Assembly (NCBI GenBank): GCA_045636285.1
Contig: JAZTXJ010000093.1
Location: 1,127 to 65,126 of the forward strand
From: Eubacteriales bacterium
GTDB taxonomy: Bacteria; Bacillota; Clostridia; Oscillospirales; CAG-382
Reading direction: 5' to 3'
DNA: 64,000 nt
Part shown: positions 17,059-27,408 of the stretch, piece after piece
Position numbering within the stretch: the first letter of the stretch is position 1
Layout: each line of letters starts with the position of its first letter
Program-made: the position numbers and the translations under genes
Notes under the pieces: generated by a model
Databases searched by the model: none
Seen by the model: only the letters and a program-made list of their open reading frames with translations
What the model was told of the DNA's origin: nothing

Positions 17059-18253
17059 AATATCCTAACTTAACACCGTTAACCGATTCTCCCCTGCCAA
17101 CGCTTACTATTACACCGAAGCAATTTTCGGGCAGTTGCGCAAGAGGTACGTATTCGAGATCGGTTCTCGACAAACGATGAATAACCTTCGAGATGTTCTC
17201 TCTTATCGGGAGGACATCTTTTATTATATTCATTTTCTTTTTTTCGGTAAGATAATAGTATAGCTGACCGTAATGCGCCTTATCGGGCAAGCCGTTGACG
17301 TCGTTACGAAGCTTGAGTAAATACAAATAATCTCCGTCGCAAATGGTAGGACGCGACACCGCTACCGAAACGGTTTTTTCGTTCGTATAGACCATACGGA
17401 TCGGTAAGGTCTTCAAATAAGTGAGTGCGCTGTATATACCTAACGCTTTTGCACAAATCGAAGAAATATCATCACCCAAGCCGAAGCGTATAATGTTATT
17501 CACGCTGACACAGTTACAAAGAGCGAGCGAGCAGACAGCATTATAGCCCGCAGTGAATGCAGAATAACATTCGGTGCCAAGTGCAACAGAAATTGCGGTA
17601 TCTTCCTGCATAGCGGCTTTATCGACTTCTGCTATGATTTCGTTATTGCGCGCAAGATATATTTTGTTTTCGGATATAACCTCGCCTGCCTTCGAAACGG
17701 GAATTTCGTTATGGCGAGCAATTTCGAGAAATTTTTCAACCTTTTTGGGAGGCAAGATCAAATAACGCTTTGCTTCTGCCGCTGGAACACTGCTTCCGAT
17801 AGAATCGATATCAAGCGCCAAGCCGTTATGAATGGAAAATAAAGTATAAATTCCGCCGACAGAATTAGCTAACAGCTTCGAAGAAACGCTTTTATTCGCA
17901 ATATTAATATGGTCGTAGCAATAAATCTGGTTGCCTGCGTTTTCTTTGGGTTCGCCGTTCTTGACAACCGCTTCTGCCGTATTCAAAATATCGATAATTC
18001 TGAAGGTTTTTCCGCATTCAACCTCTTTTAGAAAAGCTGAAAAAACCTCGGCAATGCGCGAGTCGGTTATTGTCATATTACCGATCTTTTTATACAGCAC
18101 AGAATGAAGACCGTTCGAAAGATCGTTAGTCAAGTTCTCGGAAAAAGTCGAAATGCGTTCGCTTTTTTCTTCAGAAACTTGAGGCTGTTCAACAACCTCT
18201 GCATTTTCTATATTTTCGTTCATATTCAGGTTATCGTTCATAACTACCTCCAA
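17042..18253 (-). CDS. Hypothetical protein, last gene of the comEC-holA-mtaB string
   Basis: 403 aa with an acidic, low-complexity N-terminus. No motif recognised. Coding is supported by a 3-nt gap to mtaB and ordinary codon usage. The 3' end overlaps the convergent HAD gene by 17 nt. Confidence 0.65.
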   Translation of the reverse strand: MEVVMNDNLNMNENIENAEVVEQPQVSEEKSERISTFSENLTNDLSNGLHSVLYKKIGNMTITDSRIAEVFSAFLKEVECGKTFRIIDILNTAEAVVKNGEPKENAGNQIYCYDHINIANKSVSSKLLANSVGGIYTLFSIHNGLALDIDSIGSSVPAAEAKRYLILPPKKVEKFLEIARHNEIPVSKAGEVISENKIYLARNNEIIAEVDKAAMQEDTAISVALGTECYSAFTAGYNAVCSLALCNCVSVNNIIRFGLGDDISSICAKALGIYSALTYLKTLPIRMVYTNEKTVSVAVSRPTICDGDYLYLLKLRNDVNGLPDKAHYGQLYYYLTEKKKMNIIKDVLPIRENISKVIHRLSRTDLEYVPLAQLPENCFGVIVSVGRGESVNGVKLGYFKGNQ

Positions 18254-18256
18254 CTA

Positions 18257-19537
18257 CTAAAAGCAACCGCGAACACAGCCGTCGCCATAGGATTTGATTT
18301 TTACGTTTACTATCGAACCGACAGTTATATCGTCGCTTGCGGGAAACTCAGTTTCGATAAATTCATTCGAATGGCCCTTAGCCACTCCATCTTCTATTTT
18401 TTCCACGAGAACCGTAAGAGAATTACCGATTTTCGATTCGAACATTTCATTTCTTACTTTTTCACATTCGGAAAGTAAATATGTATTTCTTCTCGCTCTT
18501 ACGTCTTTCGGTATGCTTTCGGGCATAGAAGCCGCAGGCGTACCGCTGCGCTCGGAATACGGGAACGAATGGACGTGGAATATCTTTAATTCCTTTAAAA
18601 GCTCAACCGTTTCAAGAAATTCTTCGTGTGTTTCACCCGGGAAACCGACAATTATATCCGCAGAAATCATACATTGCGGGATATATTTTCTTATCGCATT
18701 CACACGCTCGATAATATCTTTCTTTGTATAAGGCCGTTTCATCAAGCGTAAAATTCTGTCGTTGCAGGATTGCAGTGACAAATGTATATGAGGCATAAAT
18801 TTTTCGTTTTTGGAAACCGAATTCAAAAACGCATCGTTGATAATATTGGGCGACAACGAGCCTAATCGAATACGCTTAATGCCGTCTAACGAAGCAACCT
18901 TGGTTATAAGCTCATAAAGCGGGAGCTTATTATATGCACCGACCTCGATACCGGTAAGAATAACTTCCTGATATCCCTTTTCGATCAAGCGCTCGGCTTC
19001 CGCCATTATATCTTCGTAATCTCTCGAACGAACACTGCCGCGGCAGGTAGGAATAATACAGTAGGTGCATTTTCCGTTACAGCCGTCCTGTATCTTTATA
19101 AATGCTCGACATTCGGAAAACAGTTCGTCGGTGCCGTTAAGATACATCTGTTCGTAAGGCGCGTTTGTCATCGGCTCGACAGCATTTCCGTTTACGTCGC
19201 ATTCTTCACAGAGGAAGTCGACAACTCGAGCTTTATTTCTGTTTCCGCCATTATATATAACGTTGGGTATATTCAGATATTCGGGATTGAGCTGAGAAGC
19301 ACAGCCGATGACCAGCACTTCGCCTTTCGATGCACAACGCCTTATAAGCTGTCGGCTTTTACGTTCGCTTTCAGAGGTAACCGCGCAGGTGTTCACAATA
19401 TAATAATCACAATCCCCGCCGTGCGAAACCTCAAATCCGCGTTCCTTCAAGCGCTCGGCAATGGCGCAGGATTCATACATATTAACCCTGCATCCAAGCG
19501 TATATATCCCAACTTTTTTATTGTTCTTCATTGACAC
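18257..19537 (-). CDS. mtaB: Radical-SAM tRNA methylthiotransferase (MtaB-type)
   Basis: 'TLGCRVNMYES' (UPF0004 domain), 'CNGKCTYCIIP' (radical SAM CxxxCxxC), and a C-terminal TRAM-like domain. Confidence 0.8.
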   Translation of the reverse strand: MSMKNNKKVGIYTLGCRVNMYESCAIAERLKERGFEVSHGGDCDYYIVNTCAVTSESERKSRQLIRRCASKGEVLVIGCASQLNPEYLNIPNVIYNGGNRNKARVVDFLCEECDVNGNAVEPMTNAPYEQMYLNGTDELFSECRAFIKIQDGCNGKCTYCIIPTCRGSVRSRDYEDIMAEAERLIEKGYQEVILTGIEVGAYNKLPLYELITKVASLDGIKRIRLGSLSPNIINDAFLNSVSKNEKFMPHIHLSLQSCNDRILRLMKRPYTKKDIIERVNAIRKYIPQCMISADIIVGFPGETHEEFLETVELLKELKIFHVHSFPYSERSGTPAASMPESIPKDVRARRNTYLLSECEKVRNEMFESKIGNSLTVLVEKIEDGVAKGHSNEFIETEFPASDDITVGSIVNVKIKSYGDGCVRGCF

Positions 19538-20108
19538 TCTTTACCGCTCTTTCGTACTCTTCTTCGGTAATCAATAAATTAATAGCTTCCAATAACGCTT
19601 TCGAAGACAACGTTGACGGAAGATTCAAAGCTCTTGCCAGCTTAGCGCGTCTGTTGCTCGAATCTGTTCCTCCCGAAAAACCGTCTTCATAAAAACGCGT
19701 TTTCGAAACGTTTCCGACTGCCAAAGCGTTATTATCCGCAAAGGGCTCGAGAACCTTTCTTATAATTTGGGTATCTATTCCTTCGACACCGAGCAAGCCG
19801 TCTGCCGAAAAGGTTTTCTTTCTACGCTCTTTGCCTTCGACCGCGGGCACATATACATTATATATGGTTCCCTTAATTATACCTTTTAACTTCGACCTGA
19901 TAAAATTACCCGCTTTATCACTGTCTGTCAAAAGAATTACTCCGTTTTCGCGTGATAAACGCATTAACAGCAGTTTCTTTTCTTGATTATTGAAAATTTG
20001 AAAACCGTCAAGTGTAATTACGGGAGTCGATACAACCAAACAAACTTTTGCTTTATCGTATCTTCCCTCCACAATAACGGGATATTTTAATTTAAGCTTT
20101 TCTTCCAT
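19518..20108 (-). CDS. Toprim-domain protein (RNase M5-like / DUF4093-type)
   Basis: 'PVIVEGRYDKAKV' and 'VILLTDSDKAGNFIRSKL' match the Toprim E...DxD motifs. Confidence 0.7.
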   Translation of the reverse strand: MEEKLKLKYPVIVEGRYDKAKVCLVVSTPVITLDGFQIFNNQEKKLLLMRLSRENGVILLTDSDKAGNFIRSKLKGIIKGTIYNVYVPAVEGKERRKKTFSADGLLGVEGIDTQIIRKVLEPFADNNALAVGNVSKTRFYEDGFSGGTDSSNRRAKLARALNLPSTLSSKALLEAINLLITEEEYERAVKSVNEEQ

Positions 20109-21138
20109 AGGTGCAAATTCTGTAAAAACTCAATTCCAATACTTTTTTGGGGTCGCCGCGAAAGCTTTTGATTTTCGTGTCTGCATTGGCAAGCTCGTTG
20201 ATCGCAAACGAAAGTGTTTTAATATCCGATTGACCTATTGACTGTGCAATTTTGCTTATACGCCAACTCGGAATTTTCATATCCTTCGCAAGAGCATCAA
20301 AGCCTCTTCCGGAATCGAGCGCTATTCTCACAAGCAACATTTCCGAATAATTCTTTGCCAAAAAACCGACGGCAAGCGGAAGCTTGTCTCTGCCGAGATC
20401 AAGGCTTTCCAATATTCTTTTTGCCGAAACCATATCCCGCCTGTTTAATGCGGCGGCAATATCGAAATATTTATACGAGCTGTTGGAGCAACAGTATTTC
20501 TTTACGTCGGCTACGGTGATAGGTGTTCCCGAATATACTTCGGTAAGCTTTAAAATCTCTCCTTGAAGTATATACATATCGGTACCGCAAACGTTTATTA
20601 TTTCTCGCGGAACGAGCGGATCGAATTTTACGTTTTTGGCATTGAAATGACGGGTTATCCAAGCAACGAGTTTATCGGCTTTTTCGGTTTCGAATTCTAC
20701 AACAATGCCATTTTCTTTTACAGCGGCGATAAATGAAGAAATCCCGCCTTTAGTGTTTTTGGCGTTTTTGCTTTCTTCGATTTGTTCGTCGGCTCTTAAA
20801 ACAATAAGAACAGTAAGATATTCGGGAATATCCGAAAATATTCGTGAATATTCGCTTGCATCGGCTTCTGTAATGCGTGCCGATTCGATATCTGTTATTT
20901 CTATAAGCTTGCTTTCCCACATATACGGCAATGAATACACCGCATCCTCAAGTTCGCTGAGCTTATCGGAAGCAGCGTTAAAATATATATGGTTAAATTC
21001 GGGAAGCGGCGAAGAATCGACCTTTTTTCTTATAAGTCCCGCATAGTGATCCTTTGTGTATTCTTCGGGGCCGCAAAACAAAAACACTCCCGAAAGATCG
21101 TTTTCTTTAATTTTCTTTTTTAATATTTCAAGACTCAT
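20092..21138 (-). CDS. holA: DNA polymerase III delta subunit
   Basis: 348 aa, 'VFLFCGPEEYTKD' at the N-terminus, and the conserved Firmicute synteny directly after comEC. Confidence 0.85.
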   Translation of the reverse strand: MSLEILKKKIKENDLSGVFLFCGPEEYTKDHYAGLIRKKVDSSPLPEFNHIYFNAASDKLSELEDAVYSLPYMWESKLIEITDIESARITEADASEYSRIFSDIPEYLTVLIVLRADEQIEESKNAKNTKGGISSFIAAVKENGIVVEFETEKADKLVAWITRHFNAKNVKFDPLVPREIINVCGTDMYILQGEILKLTEVYSGTPITVADVKKYCCSNSSYKYFDIAAALNRRDMVSAKRILESLDLGRDKLPLAVGFLAKNYSEMLLVRIALDSGRGFDALAKDMKIPSWRISKIAQSIGQSDIKTLSFAINELANADTKIKSFRGDPKKVLELSFYRICTYGRKA

Positions 21139-23335
21139 AAGCTACAAAATCGCTTTCATCAACGCGGCCGACAAACCGCACGGTATTAATATACTGTGTG
21201 AATCCAATATAGTTGCCGCTATATTTTTCGGCAACGCTTTGCTTTATAAAACTCTCTTTTGAATTCAGCATATATTCGCTTTCGGTATATGTATCTGTCA
21301 AAACAATATAATCTGCAGATATTGCATAGGGATAATCACCGCAAACAACCGCAATACTCGTGCCGTTGTGATCGATTCCTATCAAGTGCGAAGCTCCCAC
21401 CCCGTCACCAATCATATAAACGGCGGAATTATCGCTTATTTCCTTTGAATATATACTCTCATATTGAATTATATCACAATTTCTTGTGTTTGCCAACTCT
21501 TTTATTTGCAAATATGCTTCCATTTCGAAAATATTTTGCGGTTTCTTCACATAAATCTCGTGAATCATAAGATAACCGCTCATATAGTCAAACCGTTTAA
21601 GCGTATACTCGTCATATTTGGTAATCACATACGTATCCAAAGAAACGTCGCCCTGTTCGAAAACAATATCGCTGTCAGGAAGATATCCGCTCACGTCGAT
21701 ATAAATATTCTCTTCCGAGGATTTGAAATATACGTATTCCCCGTTCTCGCTTCCGTACTCAAAAACCGTAACTCCCGAATAATAAATTTCCGCAAAAACA
21801 CAGGAAATCGACATTGCGACAACGAAGAATACAGATGTTAAAATAAAATAATTCCTGCGTTTATTAATTTTAAACACCAACACCGCTATCATCAAAACAG
21901 ACGCAACCAAAGGAAGTATCATAAAAGGAGAACGGACCGAAACAACGCCTATATCGTATTCATACAGAATACCGTTAAGAAAAGTAGAAGCATCGAATAT
22001 TATGCCTGCGGGATATGCAATTATCGTAGAAACAGGGATTGAGATCAACGAAACGATAACCGCAATTATCGAAATACCGATAGCGTAAGAGAAAAAAGGA
22101 ACAAGCAGAATATTCGTAATAGGCGATATATACGAAACGGTATCGAATCTGGTAAATATTACGGGAAGCGAAAATACCGATGAAGAAAACGAAATTATTG
22201 CAGGAATCAGCAAGGAAATTCCCGTTCTTGTAAGTATACGAACAACTCTTCTCGGTTCCTTGCGTTTATCCGCGGCAATCGATTCGAGCGTATTGATATA
22301 AGGGGTTACCAATATTATGCCCAACGTGCACAAAAAAGATAGCTGTAACCCAACCGAGCATATAGCATACGGATTAAAAAACAACAGAAAGAAAAGTGCT
22401 ATCGAGAGCGTAGTTATTCCATCCGAACGAACAAAGGTCATTTCGGAAACAAGTAGAAAAGCAATCATTATCGCCGCCCTGACGGCACCCGCCGTGAACC
22501 CTACCAGCGCGGTATAAAAGAAAGCCAACAGCAAAGATATTATCGCGCTCGGCTTTCTTCTTCGCAACAAAAACAGCAATAAACGATAAAACGTCATTAC
22601 GATCAACGTTATGTGCAATCCGCTTATTGCGAGAATATGCGAAACACCGCCCGAACGAAAAGTGGCATAAATATAAGAATCAAGATCCGTGCGATCCCCC
22701 GCAGTAACGGCTTTTGAAATAGAGGGCGCATATATAAAATCAGAAAATATAGTTGCCGAATTATCCGAAACGGTGTTTCTGATCCTATACAGTATCCCTT
22801 CACCCGCAACGACCGAGGAAATTCGTGCAGAAGAAGTGAGCATTATCTTTTCGGAATACAAATCGGAATCATAGGTGCTTTTATATCTGACCTCAGCTGT
22901 GATTTTATCGCCGATGCGGATTTCACTCGTATCGGAATCGGAATAAATTCTGACCTTGGTTCCTTTGACCATTCCGATTTCACTTTCTTCGACAGAAACG
23001 TCGAGAGAGCCGTTATTAACTTCGGAAACAGAAGCGACTATCGAATCGCTTTTTCCGTTATATGCGTGCTTTTCTCCGGATACGATATTAAACAGAGAAA
23101 CACGCATTACGCCAAAAGTGAAGGCGGCGACCGCAAGGGCCACCGCCATAGTGTTTTTGGGCAAGGATATACCTTTGTAAAAACGGGATACGATCGCAAA
23201 AGACACCGAGATCATCGCCATTATCGCAAAAAGCGCACGGAAAAATATCGTGTCATAATTTCTGAAAAAGACAGCAAACACAACACCGAGCGTAAATAAT
23301 GAAATTAGCGATGCCACAATACGTTTTTTAAACAC
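21128..23335 (-). CDS. comEC: ComEC/Rec2 DNA internalization channel protein
   Basis: 735 aa and polytopic. 'FRSGGVSHILAISGLHITLIV' is the competence-domain signature. Confidence 0.88.
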   Translation of the reverse strand: MFKKRIVASLISLFTLGVVFAVFFRNYDTIFFRALFAIMAMISVSFAIVSRFYKGISLPKNTMAVALAVAAFTFGVMRVSLFNIVSGEKHAYNGKSDSIVASVSEVNNGSLDVSVEESEIGMVKGTKVRIYSDSDTSEIRIGDKITAEVRYKSTYDSDLYSEKIMLTSSARISSVVAGEGILYRIRNTVSDNSATIFSDFIYAPSISKAVTAGDRTDLDSYIYATFRSGGVSHILAISGLHITLIVMTFYRLLLFLLRRRKPSAIISLLLAFFYTALVGFTAGAVRAAIMIAFLLVSEMTFVRSDGITTLSIALFFLLFFNPYAICSVGLQLSFLCTLGIILVTPYINTLESIAADKRKEPRRVVRILTRTGISLLIPAIISFSSSVFSLPVIFTRFDTVSYISPITNILLVPFFSYAIGISIIAVIVSLISIPVSTIIAYPAGIIFDASTFLNGILYEYDIGVVSVRSPFMILPLVASVLMIAVLVFKINKRRNYFILTSVFFVVAMSISCVFAEIYYSGVTVFEYGSENGEYVYFKSSEENIYIDVSGYLPDSDIVFEQGDVSLDTYVITKYDEYTLKRFDYMSGYLMIHEIYVKKPQNIFEMEAYLQIKELANTRNCDIIQYESIYSKEISDNSAVYMIGDGVGASHLIGIDHNGTSIAVVCGDYPYAISADYIVLTDTYTESEYMLNSKESFIKQSVAEKYSGNYIGFTQYINTVRFVGRVDESDFVAYES

Positions 23336-23362
23336 GATCCCGTTCCTTGAACATTCGGGTTA

Positions 23363-23701
23363 TTAAGCAAGCTTTACGGGAAGCTTTTCTCCACCCAAAA
23401 TATGAAAATGAATATGCTTAACAGACTGACCGCCATCTTCGCCGACGTTTGTAATAACGCGGTATCCGTTTGCCAAGCCGCATTCCTTTGCGACAACGGG
23501 AATCGCCTTTATCACATTCGCAACCGCTTCGATATTAGATTCATCTACGCAGTCTATCGACTCGATATGAGTCTTCGGAACAACCAAAACGTGCACCTTT
23601 GCATTCGGATTAATGTCCTTGAAGGCAAGAACGTTTTCATCCTCGTAAACCTTTGCGGAGGGGATATCTCCGTTTATGATTTTGCAAAAAAGACAGTCCA
23701 T
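23363..23701 (-). CDS. HIT-family (histidine triad) nucleotide-binding protein
   Basis: 'CLFCKII' and 'QSVKHIHFHILGG' (HxHxHxx motif). 112 aa. Confidence 0.92.
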   Translation of the reverse strand: MDCLFCKIINGDIPSAKVYEDENVLAFKDINPNAKVHVLVVPKTHIESIDCVDESNIEAVANVIKAIPVVAKECGLANGYRVITNVGEDGGQSVKHIHFHILGGEKLPVKLA

Positions 23702-23713
23702 ACAAGTTACTCC

Positions 23714-26347
23714 TTATTTAATCTGAGAAGAAAGTACGTTTTCTGCTTCGGAAAGTGCTTCGGGAATCTTCGAAGCGTCCTTACCGCCGGAGGATGCGCT
23801 GTTGGGACGTCCGCCGCCACCGCCGCCTACGATAGGCGAAACAGCCTTCAAAAGATTGCCCGCATGTGCGCCGTTCTTAACTGCCGCAGCACCGCAAGCG
23901 GAAACCAAAAGAACCTTGCCTTCGTTAACCGTTGCAAATACGCAAACTACGTTTTCGTCCTTCGCAACAATCTTATCTGCGGTATCTCTCAATGCATCTA
24001 CCGTAACGCCTTCAAAAGAAGCACGAACAAGCTTAACGCTCTTAACAGATACTGCGTTATCGTAAGCCTTTTCTACTGCTTCGGAAGCGGCTTTGCGGTT
24101 GTATGCTTCAATTTCCTTTTTAAGAGTTTTGCCTTCGGCAATTATCTGTTCAGCCTTTGCGGTAATATCTTCGTTGCTTACAGCCTTTACGGTCTTCTTA
24201 ACATCTTCGAGAAGCTTTTCCTGAGCACGCATTGCGTTAAAAGTATTAATACCTGTAAGGCATTCTATTCTTCTTACGCCTGCCGCTACGGAAGATTCGG
24301 AAACGATTCTGAACAAGCCCAACGAACCGGTTGCGGATACGTGAGTACCGCCGCAAAGCTCAACCGAAAATTCGCCCATCGATACAACGCGTACGGAGGA
24401 ACCGTATTTTTCTCCGAACAACGCCATTGCGCCCTTTGCTCTCGCTTCATCGGGAGTCATTACTTCGGTAACAACCGCGTTGTTTTTAAGTATTTCTTCA
24501 TTGACAGCCAATTCTACTGCGGTTAATTCTTCGAAGGTGAGCGCGGAACCGTGAGTAAAGTCGAATCTGCCGCGTTCTTCGGTAACGTAAGAGCCTGCCT
24601 GTTCAACGTGAGTACCAAGTACTTTTCTGAGCGCCGCCTGAAGCAAATGGAGAGAAGAGTGATTTCTTCTTATAGCTTCACGACGCGCAACGTCAATTAT
24701 TGCTTTTGCATTACCCTTTTCGACAGTACCTTCCGAAACGTAACCGATATGGAGATATTGTCCTTCGGGGGTTTTCTGTGTATCTTCAACAACGAATTTG
24801 CCGTTTGCGGTAACGATAACGCCCTTGTCGCCGATCTGTCCGCCGCCTTCTGCATAGAAAGGCGTTTTATCGAGTATAATCGTAGCCTTACCGCCTGCAA
24901 GAACGCCAACGTCTTCGCCGTCGGAGATAATATATTCGATATCGCAGTCGCATTCGTTTTCGGTATAACCGATAAATTCCGTTGTTTTGGATTTGTCGAT
25001 CATAGCGAGTGTATCGCCCGCCCAGCCTGCATCGATATTCGCTCTTGCTTCTCTTGCACGCTTCTTCTGCTCGAGCATAAGCGCACGGAAGGATTCTTCA
25101 TCAACCGCAATTCCCTTTTCTTCGGTAATTTCCTTTGTGAGATCGATCGGGAATCCATAGGTATCGTAAAGCTTGAACACGTTTTCACCGGAGAGAGTCT
25201 TTTCGCCCTTCGATTCGGTTTCGGAGATCATCTTTTCGAGTATCGCAAGGCCTGCATCGAGTGTTTGTGCGAATCTGTCTTCTTCGGCTTTGATAGTCTT
25301 TTTAATATATTCCTTGCGTTCTGCAAGCTCGGGATATGCTTCGCAGTTATTTGCGATAACAACGTCGCAAACTTCGCCGAGGAACGTACCCTTAATGCCT
25401 AAAAGTCTGCCGTGGCGAGCCGCACGACGCAATACACGGCGAAGAATATAGCCTCTTCCCTCGTTGGAAGGAATAACGCCGTCGCCGATAAGGAAGGTTG
25501 CGGTTTTAATATGGTCAGTGATAACACGAATAGAAACGTCGTTATCTGCGGCGCTTCCGTGATATTCCTTACCGCAAAGCGCGCAAACCTTATCGAGTAT
25601 GCTTCTGTTGGTATCAACTTCAAAGAGGTTACCTACGTCCTGCATTACGCAAGCAAGGCGTTCAAGTCCCATACCGGTATCGATATTGGGATGAGCGAGA
25701 CGGGTATAAGTGCCTGCGCCGTCGCTGTCGAACTGAGTGAAAACAATATTCCAAACTTCGATAAATCTGTCACAGTCACAGCCTACCTTACAATCGGGCT
25801 TACCGCAACCGTACTTTTCACCGCGGTCGAAATAGATTTCGGAACAGGGACCGCAAGGACCGGAACCGATTTCCCAGAAGTTGTCTTCTTTGCCGAAACG
25901 CACTATGCGTTCTGCGGGAATGCCGTTCTTTACCCAAATATCGAACGCTTCATCGTCTTCGAGATAGATGCTGGGATAAAGACGGTCTTCGGGAATTTCC
26001 ATAACCTTTGTAAGAAACTCCCAAGCCCACGGAATTGCTTCTTCCTTGAAGTAATCACCGAAGGAAAAGTTGCCGAGCATTTCAAAAAACGTGCCGTGGC
26101 GTGCAGTCTTACCAACGTTGTCGATATCGAGGGTTCTGACACACTTCTGGCAGGTGGTCACTCTCTTGCGGGGAGGAACTCGTTCACCGGTAAAATATTT
26201 TTTAAGCGGAGCCATACCGGCATTTATAAGCAGGAGAGAATCATCGTCCTGCGGAACGAGAGGAAAAGAATTAAGGCAAAGATGTCCTTTGCTCTCGAAA
26301 AATTCAAGATACTTTTTTCTGATCTCGTTAAGGGAAATGGGTTTCAT
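23714..26347 (-). CDS. alaS: Alanine--tRNA ligase
   Basis: 877 aa. 'FFESKGH', 'RHGTFFEMLGNFSFGDYFK', editing-domain 'HSSLHLL' and a C-terminal DHHA1 'GGGGGGRP'. Confidence 0.97.
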   Translation of the reverse strand: MKPISLNEIRKKYLEFFESKGHLCLNSFPLVPQDDDSLLLINAGMAPLKKYFTGERVPPRKRVTTCQKCVRTLDIDNVGKTARHGTFFEMLGNFSFGDYFKEEAIPWAWEFLTKVMEIPEDRLYPSIYLEDDEAFDIWVKNGIPAERIVRFGKEDNFWEIGSGPCGPCSEIYFDRGEKYGCGKPDCKVGCDCDRFIEVWNIVFTQFDSDGAGTYTRLAHPNIDTGMGLERLACVMQDVGNLFEVDTNRSILDKVCALCGKEYHGSAADNDVSIRVITDHIKTATFLIGDGVIPSNEGRGYILRRVLRRAARHGRLLGIKGTFLGEVCDVVIANNCEAYPELAERKEYIKKTIKAEEDRFAQTLDAGLAILEKMISETESKGEKTLSGENVFKLYDTYGFPIDLTKEITEEKGIAVDEESFRALMLEQKKRAREARANIDAGWAGDTLAMIDKSKTTEFIGYTENECDCDIEYIISDGEDVGVLAGGKATIILDKTPFYAEGGGQIGDKGVIVTANGKFVVEDTQKTPEGQYLHIGYVSEGTVEKGNAKAIIDVARREAIRRNHSSLHLLQAALRKVLGTHVEQAGSYVTEERGRFDFTHGSALTFEELTAVELAVNEEILKNNAVVTEVMTPDEARAKGAMALFGEKYGSSVRVVSMGEFSVELCGGTHVSATGSLGLFRIVSESSVAAGVRRIECLTGINTFNAMRAQEKLLEDVKKTVKAVSNEDITAKAEQIIAEGKTLKKEIEAYNRKAASEAVEKAYDNAVSVKSVKLVRASFEGVTVDALRDTADKIVAKDENVVCVFATVNEGKVLLVSACGAAAVKNGAHAGNLLKAVSPIVGGGGGGRPNSASSGGKDASKIPEALSEAENVLSSQIK

Positions 26348-26384
26348 AATCGTTTTTTATTCCTTTCAGAATGTATATCGGTAC

Positions 26385-27257
26385 TTAATTATCAACACTT
26401 GTTGCTTCATCTTTGGAAACTGCCGAAGATGCTTCGTTTTCGGGGACAATCGCTTCTATATCTTTTGAAGTGCTCCAGCGTAATCCGTTATCCTCGCAAT
26501 ATTTTTTCGCAGAGGAGGACTCGGTTGAAATAACGACGTTCTTTTCGCATTTTTCAAAAACGTCGTTACCCAAAACGGTAGATTCACCTTCGAAATAAAC
26601 GTATTCAAGATTCGAGCAGGAGTCGAATACTCTTTCTCCGAGCTCTGTTACTGTTTGAGGAATTACAACTTCGGTCATTGCGTTGCAATAGGAAAAGGCA
26701 CGGGTATTGATTTTCGTAATCTGTGCGGGAATGCTGACGGTTTTGAGCGAAGAGCAGTGGTTAAAGCAATATTCGGGAATTTCTTCGATACCGCTTCCGA
26801 TTGTAACCGTTTCGAGATTATTGCACCACGCAAAAGCGCGTGAACCGATTTTCGTAACGGAATCCGGAATAGTAATTTCGGTTATTCCGTCTACGTAATA
26901 AAACGCATTTTCATCGATCGTTGTAACAGAGGAAGAAATAATAACCTGCGTAACTGCGTTTTCGGTTTCGTAAAAGCAGAGAGAGCCTATGCAGGTAACC
27001 GGTCTTCCGTCAATTTCAGAAGGAATATATACGATCGTATCGCTGCCCTCGGGAGCGATGTATTTAGTTAGTTTAACGTAAGAATCGTAAAGCTCATAAG
27101 TAAATTGTTCGTTTTCGAGCGTTGCGATATAGTCGTCCGGCATTTCCGATTCTTGTTCGCCTGTAACTGCGGATTTAGCCTTTTTCAAAATCGTATCGCA
27201 CGAGCATAACGATATGCACAGAGTCACAGCGACCAAAAGCACCAATATCTTTTTCAT
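26385..27257 (-). CDS. BspA-type leucine-rich-repeat lipoprotein
   Basis: Lipobox 'ISLCSC'. Repeated 'I.IP.SVT.IG..AF..C..L' units. Confidence 0.8.
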   Translation of the reverse strand: MKKILVLLVAVTLCISLCSCDTILKKAKSAVTGEQESEMPDDYIATLENEQFTYELYDSYVKLTKYIAPEGSDTIVYIPSEIDGRPVTCIGSLCFYETENAVTQVIISSSVTTIDENAFYYVDGITEITIPDSVTKIGSRAFAWCNNLETVTIGSGIEEIPEYCFNHCSSLKTVSIPAQITKINTRAFSYCNAMTEVVIPQTVTELGERVFDSCSNLEYVYFEGESTVLGNDVFEKCEKNVVISTESSSAKKYCEDNGLRWSTSKDIEAIVPENEASSAVSKDEATSVDN

Positions 27258-27287
27258 CGACAGGTTCCTTTCGCGTTTTTCTTACCA

Positions 27288-27316
27288 ATTATAGCACCAC
27301 AAAACAGTTTTGTCAA
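27288..27316 (-). promoter_or_regulatory. Consensus sigma-70 promoter heading the LRR-alaS-...-mtaB string
   Basis: On the minus strand: TTGACA, 17 nt, TATAAT. Confidence 0.7.
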
Positions 27317-27345
27317 TTTACATTGAGTAAAAAGAGAGATTTTTA

Positions 27346-27374
27346 TTGACATAAAGGAAATTTAAGGTTAAAAT
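27346..27374 (+). promoter_or_regulatory. Sigma-70 promoter for the AGE-SGNH pair
   Basis: TTGACA (27346-27351), 17 nt, TAAAAT (27369-27374). Confidence 0.65.
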
Positions 27375-27408
27375 ATAAGAAATTAATTTCAAGAGAGGTT
27401 AAACAATT

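Noticed and set aside
23402-26533. Two long plus-strand ORFs (374 and 373 aa), plus several shorter ones, opposite alaS and the HIT gene.
   Set aside because: alaS is unambiguous on the minus strand. The plus-strand translations are Cys/Phe/Asn-rich nonsense typical of shadow frames.
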